DNA of 64,000 bases, taken from assembly GCA_963665275.2 (NCBI GenBank), contig CAXXIN010000017.1, positions 127,213 through 191,212 on the forward strand, read 5' to 3'. Each line of letters starts with the position of its first letter. Within the stretch, counting starts at the first letter, position 1. Both the position numbers and the translations under genes were made by a program. Below the pieces are notes generated by a model. That model was not told the DNA's origin, did no database searches, and saw only the letters and a program-made list of their open reading frames with translations. Origin of the DNA: Negativicutes bacterium. Its GTDB lineage: Bacteria; Bacillota; Negativicutes; UBA1444. Below are positions 51,510-61,144 of this stretch, in pieces.

Positions 51510-52979
51510 CTATCGAATTTTTACGTACTTACGCCCGGATTTTGCCACACATATCCCTTCTTTGATGATGAAGGCTTCAACCCAATGCGTTCCCCTGTAA
51601 GCAGTTGCTTCCCAATTAACATTTTTGTCAGTATTTTCTCCTATCTGAAAACCTCCGCGCAGTTGATTCGCATTTTGTGCATCTTCTCCAGTATTTACAA
51701 CTTGCCATCTGACATCATACGGAGGAGGAGTATCCGTTACAACACGAAACTTCAGCCATACATTTCTCGGAACTGCTCGTCGAGACAGTTGCCAAAGCAG
51801 TTTTCCATCCTTCTGTTTATATACCGAGGCCTGAATACGTGCGGAATGTTGGACTTTTTCACTCCAGATAGGGTTGACGACATGTTTGGTATCGCCGACA
51901 CCTGGAACTTCGGGTGTTTCAAGCCACGAGGGAAGATTATTATAGTTTGTAATAGATTCTCCCATTTGACTTGCAACCTTTGCCAAAACACTTTCGCCAA
52001 GGATTGGCGAAAGTGTTTTGGCAATTTCGCTTAAGCCTTTCTTTTTCTCTGCGTCAAGAAAATCTATTTGAACTATGTTTAACCATTTGAGAAATGCATT
52101 TTTCCTTTCAGGGTACTCATTCCATTTGTCAGCAAAATTTTCTTCTGCTACAGGATTGGCGACCCACCATTTTTCATTTCGTTTTTCAATGAAGGAGGGC
52201 ATGTTTTTTACGATGCACTGCAGCGCATCAAATATATCTGCCTGACCCTTATAAGCTCGGGCTGCGAGAGTAGTTATGATGATTGATACCGGTTTATTTT
52301 CAAGGTTGTCTTGAAAGTATATATCTCGGTGCCGTTTCAATATTTGAATTGAAATTTGCAGAGGTGTTTTTACCTGCCATTCTGGAACATCTTCTATATT
52401 TGCATTAACAGATTTTGCGAGTGCTGCTCGCTTCTCAAGAAAAATTACTTCCATTTGCTTATAAAACCAATCTGCATAAGCCTTAGGGTCGCTTTTTTGC
52501 CACAGGGTCAATTCCGTATCCGTGATCAGAATCCCTGTTGGCAAACCATCGCTGTTATTGATTGCAGGTAATATATCCATGTGAAAAGAGGGTATGGCTT
52601 GTTGCGTTTTGTATTTCAATGTCCAACAGCGACGAGATTCTGAAAGTATTTTCTTTAACTCCTCATCTTCTTGCAGTCGATCTCCAACTTTTGTCTTTAA
52701 ATCTGCTTGAGATACCTGGGTTTTTTCCAAATTTAAATGGCATACAAGGTCTATATCATATTCACCTTCTCGTGAATACGGACGTACAATTGTTCCCAAA
52801 CGAAAGGATCCTTGAGGATAAATCTCAGGGGAATATTTTTGTAATTGTGACCCGTCGGCAGATAACAAGATACCGACTTCTTCATACTTTATCACTGCAT
52901 CTTCATATATGTGATCAGGAATATCTAGCATACCTGCCGTTCGACTAAGGAATTCATTGACTTGTTCTCGATTCATCAA
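51510..52979 (-). CDS. CBASS CD-NTase (cGAS/DncV-like, SMODS) with C-terminal AGS-C domain
   Basis: PQGSFRLGT...YDID, MDILPA, NPVAEENFADKW; C-terminal WQVVNTG...LRGGF...TAYRGTHWVEAFI. Confidence 0.88.
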   Translation of the reverse strand: MMNREQVNEFLSRTAGMLDIPDHIYEDAVIKYEEVGILLSADGSQLQKYSPEIYPQGSFRLGTIVRPYSREGEYDIDLVCHLNLEKTQVSQADLKTKVGDRLQEDEELKKILSESRRCWTLKYKTQQAIPSFHMDILPAINNSDGLPTGILITDTELTLWQKSDPKAYADWFYKQMEVIFLEKRAALAKSVNANIEDVPEWQVKTPLQISIQILKRHRDIYFQDNLENKPVSIIITTLAARAYKGQADIFDALQCIVKNMPSFIEKRNEKWWVANPVAEENFADKWNEYPERKNAFLKWLNIVQIDFLDAEKKKGLSEIAKTLSPILGESVLAKVASQMGESITNYNNLPSWLETPEVPGVGDTKHVVNPIWSEKVQHSARIQASVYKQKDGKLLWQLSRRAVPRNVWLKFRVVTDTPPPYDVRWQVVNTGEDAQNANQLRGGFQIGENTDKNVNWEATAYRGTHWVEAFIIKEGICVAKSGRKYVKIR

Positions 52980-52995
52980 CGCGCATCATATCCTT

Positions 52996-53991
52996 TCAAA
53001 TCGCATAGTAAGGGGTAAATGGAGGGGCAATATATTTCGTAAATTTTTCTTCAAACTCTGCCATGCAGTGACGACTATAGTGAGCAGCTTTAGCAATTAG
53101 ATCGTCGGCTTTTTCTACTCCATCTAAAGAAAACTCTCCGGCAGGAACCTTCGGATTTAAGCGCATTATATTTTGTTTGCCAAGTAAAAAAGTTGCTTGA
53201 TTATTTACACCAATGCTCTGCCCTCGCATAATTACATCTGTTGCTGTTGCTCCCAATGCCCAAGCAATGATTCCCCCATTATCAAGCCTTTTTGCTCGCT
53301 GCGTGACCTCGTCAGATGTGCCTATACTAAAAACAGATATTGCCTCAAGGGGGATATTGAGCGTGCCATAAGCTTCAATTATTCCAACCATCGTTGGGTT
53401 ATTTGCCCAAATTCCCCCATCAATTAAGCGAACTCTGTCCACTTCACGTGTGCAGGGGAAATACGTTGGTGCGGCGCTTGTTGCGAGCGCGATTTTCCAC
53501 GCAGGGACTTTATAGTCTCGTTTTAGCTTAGGATGATGCGCCGTACGGAATAAATAAACATCATCGTCGCCGATATTATACGATGGAATAACCAAGGCTC
53601 TTTTACTATGTCCGAATCGCTTGTCCTCGAAGCACTCTTTTAGGGCATTGATCAGGGGGTCAGCTGAGAATTTCCTATACATCCAATGTTGCAACGACTT
53701 AACGCCATACCGGCGAGGAAATATGGTTTTTCCATATTTTGCATAGAAATCAACGATTTCGCGTGGCTTCATCCCAAGCCCTAGCCCCAATGCAATAATG
53801 CCTCCTGTTGAAGTTCCGGTAATTAAATCAAAGTGGTCAATAATGCTAACTCCCGAATCTTCTTCAATAGCTGCCAGCATTGCAGCAGAAAATAGGCCTT
53901 TAATTCCACCGCCGTCTAGTGATAATATCTGAAACTTTTCTTTTTGGTCGGGCTTTCGACAATAGGAGTGGCATTTTGGACATTCTTTCAA
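52996..53991 (-). CDS. CBASS patatin-like phospholipase effector (CapV/CapE-like)
   Basis: DGGGIKG, GTSTG, ATSAAPTYF, DGGIWANNP; sits between two CD-NTases. Confidence 0.88.
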   Translation of the reverse strand: MKECPKCHSYCRKPDQKEKFQILSLDGGGIKGLFSAAMLAAIEEDSGVSIIDHFDLITGTSTGGIIALGLGLGMKPREIVDFYAKYGKTIFPRRYGVKSLQHWMYRKFSADPLINALKECFEDKRFGHSKRALVIPSYNIGDDDVYLFRTAHHPKLKRDYKVPAWKIALATSAAPTYFPCTREVDRVRLIDGGIWANNPTMVGIIEAYGTLNIPLEAISVFSIGTSDEVTQRAKRLDNGGIIAWALGATATDVIMRGQSIGVNNQATFLLGKQNIMRLNPKVPAGEFSLDGVEKADDLIAKAAHYSRHCMAEFEEKFTKYIAPPFTPYYAI

Positions 53992-54043
53992 AAGAATCGC
54001 CTCCGGTAATCGATACTATTTCCTTCAATTTCTTGGTAAGACA

Positions 54044-54984
54044 CTACGAGCATGCTAATGGGAAGTATTCTTTGCCCAGCAGTGTTTGCCATGCCACCAC
54101 TCCAAGACTCCAATCATCGGAAAGACTTGCAATGCTGGCAACACTGGCCCACGTTTTTATCGCATTATGGAAACGCAACCAATCATGAAAACCCCATTCA
54201 GAATGCTAAACAAAACCCTCTCGCCACAGGGAGTTTTTATTCCAGAGTGATACCATAATTGCTCTGGTGATACTTTTGCAAGAGCATCCAATACTTTGAA
54301 AATATAATCTGCAGCATTTCCTTGAAATAAGCTATCAGGCAATGAATATAGTAATGATTCGATGTGAAACGAGACAATATCCAAATTGTTTTTCGTTCGT
54401 AGATGTTTCATCACTTTAATCATCGGAATGAAGTTTGCGGCAGTTCGTGCTGGAGCATTTTTGTCTACAAGATGCTTTTGATGGAACCTTGCGTAACCAT
54501 CTTCCCATTGTTTTTTCTCGGGACGATATACTCGAAACGGCTCCTGTTTATCGTCATAGTTTCCTGCCTTATAAACAACAGGTAAAATTTCGATTTTTAT
54601 TCCTAGATCAACTTTTATACACATGCTACTATCCCTGAAATATATCTTTCCACGATACCTTCCATCTTGCAGTAGAGGGGCAGCAATAGTATCGAAAATT
54701 TCATCTCGCGTCCACGTTTTTGCTCCAGGGCTATTTGAGCCGGGCTGCCACAAAGTACAGAGAGCTACAATATCCACGTCATTAATTGTGTAAATTGCAG
54801 TAGCCTGTTTATAAGATCCCTGCAAAAAACATTTCGGTGAAAGCAACTTTGCTGGGCCTGATGGATCTTCAATAAGAGAGATTATTGTGGAATGTTCGCG
54901 TGAGGCTTGGGCGATATACGAAGGGCTTGGGTTAATTCTATTGAAAAAAAACGTGAAGTTTTTCGAAAAACTATTTGTTGCCAC
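54044..54984 (-). pseudogene. Second SMODS/CD-NTase-like nucleotidyltransferase with a frameshift near 54205
   Basis: LQGSYKQATAI...DVDI, IEILP, SFHIESL; shifted frame continues SEWGFHDW...AWQTLLGKEYFP to TAG at 54044. Confidence 0.75.
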
Positions 54985-55133
54985 AACATCACCTCAACAA
55001 TTTCAATTTTTCATTTAAGTTTTGAGATTCTATCCCCTATGTATTCCCAAGTAAAAACAAATATTCCTCTTTAATTCATCAAACATTTGTAAAGTTTGGG
55101 ATTATAGGAAGATGCGTCTGCGTCACCTGAATT

Positions 55134-55363
55134 TTACCTCTCCAGAAACCATCGTCCCTCATCCTCAAACAGATAAACTTCTTTCCCCATAATCCTGCAT
55201 GTATACCGCATCCCCAGCCCGCGCCCTTCATCGATGGGGCCATCCTCGCATCCGTTACCCGGTCGATCTCATACTGTTTGCCGTTGGTCCATACCAGGGC
55301 CAGCGGTTTTGTTTTACCGTCGATATCATGCACCGCCGTCACCTTTACGAATGTTTTACCCAC
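55134..55363 (-). pseudogene. Small DinB-associated hypothetical protein, frameshifted near 55222
   Basis: P...W.NG.QYEIDRV...SMKG, then in the shifted frame GLGMRYTCRIMGKEVYLFEDEGRWFLER*. Confidence 0.7.
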
Positions 55364-55376
55364 TTTTGCTCGCCCC

Positions 55377-56615
55377 CTATCTAAAAAAACTTACCGGATG
55401 AATCACATTCTCATCTTTCGGGTTGAAACCGGTCAATCGGTCATCCTGTAGCAACGAGCAGCGCCTCACACAATAAGGGCCGAATCGCTCTCGCAGACGG
55501 TCCACGGTTCGTTCCAGTTCTTCCTGATCCGTAGAATCTGGAGTAAATAAATCCAACTGCACCGACCCGTCCTCCGTCACCAGATCCGCCCCGCGCACGC
55601 CGAGGCTGCGGATCGGCCGATCCCAAGAATAGTTTTGATGGAACAGATCCAGCGCTTTGCCGGCAATATCCCTGGACAGAAAAGAGGGGGCAGGCAGCTT
55701 GCTTTGCCGTTTAAAACTATATAGTTCGTTATTACGAATATGGATCGCCACCGTCCGGCACTTCAACCCATGGCGCCGCAGGCGAGCCGCCACACTTTCG
55801 GTCAAAACAAACACAATCATTTTTACATCTTCAATGTTCGCCAAATCACGGGGCGTGTTTGTCGAGTTGCCGACAAACTTGATGAAGCTTTCTTCGCCGG
55901 ATTGCGTCACCGGTGCTGCATCGCGTCCGTTGGCGAATGTACTCAACGTTTCGCCCCAGATGCCCAGCGACAGTTTCAGCAAATGCACATCCCGCTTTGC
56001 CAAGTCGCCGATTGTAAAAATAGCCCGGTTATTTAGTTTGGCTTTCGTGGAACGGCCCACGTATAGCAATTCTTCGACCGGCAGCGGCCAAACAATGTCG
56101 CGATAATTCTGCTCGCTGATCACAGTCGTTGCATCCGGCTTTTTCATATCCGAACCGAGTTTGGCAAAAATCTTGTTCCAGGACACGCCGACCGAGCCGG
56201 TGACTCCTAGTTTTTCGCGCAGCCGCCTGCGGATTGTGCTTGCAATCTGTACGCCATCGCCAAACAGTTCCGTCGATCCGGTCACATCGAGCCAATTTTC
56301 ATCGATGCCAAAGCTTTCGATCCGGTCTGTGTAGTCAGCATAAATATTGCGCGCCAGTCGGGAAAATCGTAGGTATTTGCTATAATCCGGCGGCAGGCAA
56401 ACTAGGGTAGGGCACTTCTGTCTAGCCTGCCAGATCGCTTCACCCGTTTTCACGCCCGCCTGCTTGGCTAGTTGGTTCTTAGCCAGAATGATGCCATGCC
56501 GATTTTCCACATCACCACTGACCGCCACCGGTTTGCCGCGATGCTCCGGATGGTAGAGGCACTCGACAGAAGCATAAAAATTATTGAGGTCACAATGCAA
56601 AATCGTGCGAGTCAA
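55377..56615 (-). CDS. dinB: Y-family DNA polymerase IV
   Basis: ILHCDLNNFYASVE, FGIDE, AKLGSDMKKP. Confidence 0.92.
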   Translation of the reverse strand: MTRTILHCDLNNFYASVECLYHPEHRGKPVAVSGDVENRHGIILAKNQLAKQAGVKTGEAIWQARQKCPTLVCLPPDYSKYLRFSRLARNIYADYTDRIESFGIDENWLDVTGSTELFGDGVQIASTIRRRLREKLGVTGSVGVSWNKIFAKLGSDMKKPDATTVISEQNYRDIVWPLPVEELLYVGRSTKAKLNNRAIFTIGDLAKRDVHLLKLSLGIWGETLSTFANGRDAAPVTQSGEESFIKFVGNSTNTPRDLANIEDVKMIVFVLTESVAARLRRHGLKCRTVAIHIRNNELYSFKRQSKLPAPSFLSRDIAGKALDLFHQNYSWDRPIRSLGVRGADLVTEDGSVQLDLFTPDSTDQEELERTVDRLRERFGPYCVRRCSLLQDDRLTGFNPKDENVIHPVSFFR

Positions 56616-56639
56616 TTCGTCACCGGCTTATCTTTTTAT

Positions 56640-56653
56640 CGAACATTTGTTCT
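56640..56653. promoter_or_regulatory. LexA (SOS/Cheo) box
   Basis: CGAACATTTGTTCT matches Firmicute CGAAC-N4-GTTCG, about 25 bp upstream of dinB. Confidence 0.8.
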
Positions 56654-56935
56654 GTATGATTAGTATAGCCGATGAAACTGGACGTGTAAAGCGAACAAAT
56701 TGTGAACTTTTTGACGGTGGCGAAAATAAAAAACCGGGCTGCCTTAAGCACCCCGTACCATCCATCCCCTTGACAACAGCAGTTTAACAGGTTTTAAAAA
56801 GCATTCTGCGAAACCGTTTCCGTCTCTCTTCAACAATTTTGTCGCCGTCGCAAAATAGACTCCCTCTACCGGTACGCGGCTGAGTTTACAAATCGTTCAT
56901 AAATCATTTTAGTCAGTGCCTTCATGTTTGATAAT

Positions 56936-57015
56936 TGGCGGAGTTGGAGGAATTTGAACACTCGCGGCCCCCCTATCGGTTTAGCAAATGTGCCTACTCC
57001 TTCCAGCACCTTAGG
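56936..57015 (-). pseudogene. Degenerate tRNA-Ser(GCT) remnant
   Basis: Minus strand TTTGCTAAACCGATAGG...CGCGAGTGTTCAAATTCCTCCAACTCCGCCA: GCT anticodon, T-loop, GCCA end; 5' arm decayed. Confidence 0.6.
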
Positions 57016-57296
57016 GATTTATCGTGAAAAGTCCTGATTTTACCTGGATTATCATGATTTTTGTTTCCAGATTTTTCGAGCTAATACGAGATAAATCCAG
57101 CAAATTTAAACAAATAAACAAACAAATAATTGGAGGCCTCAGTCAGTTAAGTATATTATGTTAAGGTATTGCCAAGAGCTCCTCCTTCCGACGCAATCGT
57201 CGGAAGTCACAAATTATATGAAGCGGTCAATAAGAATCGAATTCGCGACACACATGGTGGGAATGCTAAATTTCGTATTTCCAACTGGCAGTAAGC

Positions 57297-58466
57297 CTAT
57301 GCAAAAATCGATTTTCGCACATATACATATCCATCCATAATTCGACGCGCCGTTCTATAAACACCTAGTCTCGTGATCTTAATTAGACCGTTGACGTTTA
57401 TAGATTCTGCCTCCACGGGGATTACCCCGCCTGGGTGTCCTATATTCACAGATACCCGCGCTCCTGCTTCAGTCCGCAGCACTTCCCAGGCAACGCTGCC
57501 TGCCACGCGGACGGCCGCTCCAGTAGCTACCGTACCGGTGACCGGATATGTTTTATGCATCTTCAACATAAATAGCAGCCTAGATACAATATCTACCTCT
57601 TCAGCCATCACCTCGGCGCCGCTAATCGAAGTATAGTCGGCAGGCGAACTGACAATCGCAAAAAACGGGGCATAAGGGCTTTGGGTTTTGGCCTCGTCAG
57701 CAGCGCCAACCATTCCGCATAACACAGCGGCTTGACCGCGAATTTTTTCAATCTTCTCCATCAATGCTTTATCCGTCTCAATTTCGCTTGGCGACTCAGT
57801 CCCTTTCAGATTAAGTGCGGCGGCTTTGATGAACACAACCGGGTTGCCGGCGTCGACAATTGACACCGTATATTCGGTGTCATCCACAATAAGGATATCC
57901 TTAGCGTTGCCTGTAGGTAGCAGCTTTCCTGTAACGCCACCTACTACATCAGACCAATCCAGTGATATCTTTGCTCCGCTGCCGGGGCAACCATCTATGA
58001 CGCAATCACCCTCGACCACCGCTTTACCGTTCTTCACCGGCACTTTGGCAACGAGTATGTTGCCGCTATTGGTCAGATGGATTCTCACAGTAGTTACAGG
58101 TTCCACCGCCGTGACTAAGCCTTCGTCAATGGCAAAAGGTCCGACCGCTGAAGAAATATTCCCGCAGTTGCCGCCGTAATCAATAAATTCAGTTTCAAAA
58201 CTCACTTGTCCAAAAGTGTAATCGACGTCCGCATCAGGTCGGCTCGCAGGCGAAATAATGGCCAACTTGCTGGTCAATACGTCCGCTCCGCCCAATCCAT
58301 CAATTTGGCGGACATCGGGACTCCCATAAATTGCCCGTATTACCGCATCTCGTTCATCTGGATCTTGCGGCAATTCATTTTTCATTATAAAAACAGCTTT
58401 ACTGGTTCCTCCACGTACTATGGCGCATCGCAACATTTCCATTTCAGGATGCATAAATTTCTCCAT
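57297..58466 (-). CDS. PrpF family isomerase
   Basis: RGGTSK, QIDGLGG...TSK, NCGNISSAVG, VDAGNP, RTARRIMDG. Confidence 0.9.
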   Translation of the reverse strand: MEKFMHPEMEMLRCAIVRGGTSKAVFIMKNELPQDPDERDAVIRAIYGSPDVRQIDGLGGADVLTSKLAIISPASRPDADVDYTFGQVSFETEFIDYGGNCGNISSAVGPFAIDEGLVTAVEPVTTVRIHLTNSGNILVAKVPVKNGKAVVEGDCVIDGCPGSGAKISLDWSDVVGGVTGKLLPTGNAKDILIVDDTEYTVSIVDAGNPVVFIKAAALNLKGTESPSEIETDKALMEKIEKIRGQAAVLCGMVGAADEAKTQSPYAPFFAIVSSPADYTSISGAEVMAEEVDIVSRLLFMLKMHKTYPVTGTVATGAAVRVAGSVAWEVLRTEAGARVSVNIGHPGGVIPVEAESINVNGLIKITRLGVYRTARRIMDGYVYVRKSIFA

Positions 58467-58492
58467 ATACTATTTTATTTTTGACCCCCTGT

Positions 58493-59734
58493 TCAATAGG
58501 CTCCTACTCCGCCATCCGCAAGAAAAAGCCGTATTAAGTTGTTACAAACCAATTCGAAGCTTGCAATCTCCGTATATTCTGCAGGACTGTGGCTTTTGCC
58601 GCCGACACTTGGCATAAAGATCATGGCGGCATCAGTAACTTGGGCAAAAGCTTTTGCATCATGCCCAGCCCAACTGAAAAGTTCCATCGTATTGGGAATC
58701 TGAAGCGCTCGGAAACTATTAAGCAGTTGTTCCGAAAACCTCAGCACCGGCGTATAGATCTCTTGGGTAAGCCGCGCATTTACCCCGTATTTCTCATTAA
58801 TAGTCAAAGCATATTCTTTAATTTGGGAGTTGATGTCTTGGGCAACCGTATCGTCTGTCGCACGAAAATCGACAACAAGAGCAGTCCTGCCCGAAATTAC
58901 GTTGTGAATATTCGGATAATTAGCAATCCGTCCGACTGTGGTTACAGCCCTACCGCTATATAGCTGCCCAATCTCCCATACCTTCATAATCAAATCAGCC
59001 GCAGCCACCAAAGCATCCTTCCTGCCTTTCATGACTGTTGGGCCGGCATGGTCGGCTTCACCATGAAATTCGAAGAACAATCGTCCTATCCCGACAATGC
59101 CTTGCACGAGACCGGCATCACATTTATTTTCTTCTAGGACAGTGCCTTGTTCGACATGCACTTCGATAAACTTACTGAAATAATCCTTCGCCCAGCCAAT
59201 ATCGGTTCCAAAAGGATGACCGGAAAAAACACCGCTTTCCATCCTAAGCGTTTCGAGGTTTTTCCCGTCCGCATTTTTATAAGATAGAGCCTCTTCAACG
59301 TCCATATCACCGGTCATGAAGCGGCCGCCGAAATAGCCTTTCTGGCAAATCAGACCTTCTTCATCCGCAGTTGCCAAAATTTCAATCGGCCACTTGGGGC
59401 ACACTCCATTTTCATACATCATCGAAACAAGTTCGAGTCCGGCTACGATTCCAGCAACACCATCATAAGCTCCGCCATCAGCCACCGTGTCTATGTGCGA
59501 TCCAATGCCTATGGGTTTTGCTGTAGATTTCGCCGGATTATAAGCACCAATAAGGTTGCCGAAAGTATCCATGCGAACTTGCATATCCAGCGCTTCCATT
59601 TCAGATTGCAGATACGCCACCGCAGCAACCCAAGCATTCGAATATGTAGGGCGAGTAATCTTGCCCGCTTCTTCCGTAAAGTTAGCTATAGTCAACAGTC
59701 TTTGATGAATTCTTGAAGTATTGGCTTTGATCAC
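58493..59734 (-). CDS. M20 Zn-dependent N-carbamoyl-amino acid hydrolase (beta-ureidopropionase/allantoate amidohydrolase-like)
   Basis: GSHIDTV, GAYDG, DEEG, EVHVEQG, HAG, AGHDA, SHSPAE. Confidence 0.88.
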   Translation of the reverse strand: MIKANTSRIHQRLLTIANFTEEAGKITRPTYSNAWVAAVAYLQSEMEALDMQVRMDTFGNLIGAYNPAKSTAKPIGIGSHIDTVADGGAYDGVAGIVAGLELVSMMYENGVCPKWPIEILATADEEGLICQKGYFGGRFMTGDMDVEEALSYKNADGKNLETLRMESGVFSGHPFGTDIGWAKDYFSKFIEVHVEQGTVLEENKCDAGLVQGIVGIGRLFFEFHGEADHAGPTVMKGRKDALVAAADLIMKVWEIGQLYSGRAVTTVGRIANYPNIHNVISGRTALVVDFRATDDTVAQDINSQIKEYALTINEKYGVNARLTQEIYTPVLRFSEQLLNSFRALQIPNTMELFSWAGHDAKAFAQVTDAAMIFMPSVGGKSHSPAEYTEIASFELVCNNLIRLFLADGGVGAY

Positions 59735-61131
59735 CGAGGTCCTCCTTTTGGGCCGTGCAAAAATCTGCCTTGCCCTGCTTCAATAAGTATTTTGCCATTT
59801 TCATAAGCCATATGCCCTTGAACAAGTGTCCCCACAACTTTATGCCTTAACGCCAGCCCATTGTATATTATTGCGCTGTCTCGACTCTTGCTGCGCAGAT
59901 TCTGACAATTGATATATTCCAGTGCTTCCAATTTTTCGACTATAACAAGGTCTGCATCCAACCCATTTGCAATCCGGCCTTTTATTTTTTCAAGCCCGAA
60001 CAACCGTGCTGTATTTTCCGAAGTGTTCTGGGCAATCCTTTCATAAGTCAGTCGACCGGCTTCCACCAGCCTCAACAATAGTGGCAACGTCATTTCAAGG
60101 CCCGGCAAGCCATCTGGAGCACTCCAAATGCAGTCGCCATTCCGCAGTTTTTCTTGCCTGGTAAAGGGCGCATGATCACTGCCTGTTATTTCTATAACCC
60201 CAGCCGCATAGCCCAAAACCAGTTGATCAGTACATTCTGCGGCACGAAACGGCGGCTTCATGCGGGCAAATACGCCATAATCATCCATTGACTCACTATC
60301 AAAGGTGAGATAGTGTGCACAAGTTTCCCCATGGATATCAACCCCATTTTTCTGCGCCTCTTTGATCATTTTCATAGCGGTTGCAGAACTAACATGGGCT
60401 ATGATTGTCCGGCACCCAGTAGCTCCCGCCGCTTGGACAGCCCGTTCCACTGCCCTAATTTCAGCCGACTCCGGCCGGGATGCACAAAAATCCCTAACTC
60501 TATTTCCCCCTTGAGTTCTTATCTTTGCAAAATTTTCGTCGACTATAAGTGCATCCTCACAGTGGATCGTCAAAGAGAGACCCGTTTTTGCAACACGTTC
60601 CATCACTTTTTTCAATTCTCCCGGACCATCTGCACACAACCCGTAAAACTCTGTTTCTCTACCGTGAACCGGCGGCATGAGGAAGGTCTTGAACCCAATA
60701 GCACCTGCTTCAGCGATCTTCGCAATGCAATCAAGATTATCCGCCCCTGCACCACCATAGAGAGCAACGTCCACACACGCATCACGCTCTACCTCGGTAA
60801 CGCGCAACAAAAAATTTGTGACCGTCGATGCAGGCTTGGCGCAACCCGGCATTTCCAGCAAGGTCGTAACACCTGCAGCAGCTGCTGCAATCGTTGCTGA
60901 TGTAAAGTCCTCCCGATAAGAAAACTCTCCGCCGCGAATATGAACGTGCGAATCAATTATTCCTGGGAAAATCAGCATTCCCTCAGCATTGATCACTTTT
61001 TCAGCCCCCGACAGGCTGCCGGAATCCTCAGCGATTTGAACGATTTTTCCGCCAACTATGCCGATACTGCCTCTCCGGCGGCCTTCCGGAATTATCAGCG
61101 TTCCCCCCAAAATATTGATATCATTTGACAT
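59731..61131 (-). CDS. Cyclic amidohydrolase (allantoinase/dihydropyrimidinase/dihydroorotase family)
   Basis: PGIIDSHVH, GFKTF, HCED, ETCAHYL, GSDHAP. Confidence 0.85.
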   Translation of the reverse strand: MSNDINILGGTLIIPEGRRRGSIGIVGGKIVQIAEDSGSLSGAEKVINAEGMLIFPGIIDSHVHIRGGEFSYREDFTSATIAAAAAGVTTLLEMPGCAKPASTVTNFLLRVTEVERDACVDVALYGGAGADNLDCIAKIAEAGAIGFKTFLMPPVHGRETEFYGLCADGPGELKKVMERVAKTGLSLTIHCEDALIVDENFAKIRTQGGNRVRDFCASRPESAEIRAVERAVQAAGATGCRTIIAHVSSATAMKMIKEAQKNGVDIHGETCAHYLTFDSESMDDYGVFARMKPPFRAAECTDQLVLGYAAGVIEITGSDHAPFTRQEKLRNGDCIWSAPDGLPGLEMTLPLLLRLVEAGRLTYERIAQNTSENTARLFGLEKIKGRIANGLDADLVIVEKLEALEYINCQNLRSKSRDSAIIYNGLALRHKVVGTLVQGHMAYENGKILIEAGQGRFLHGPKGGPR

Positions 61132-61144
61132 GTATCTTCTCACC

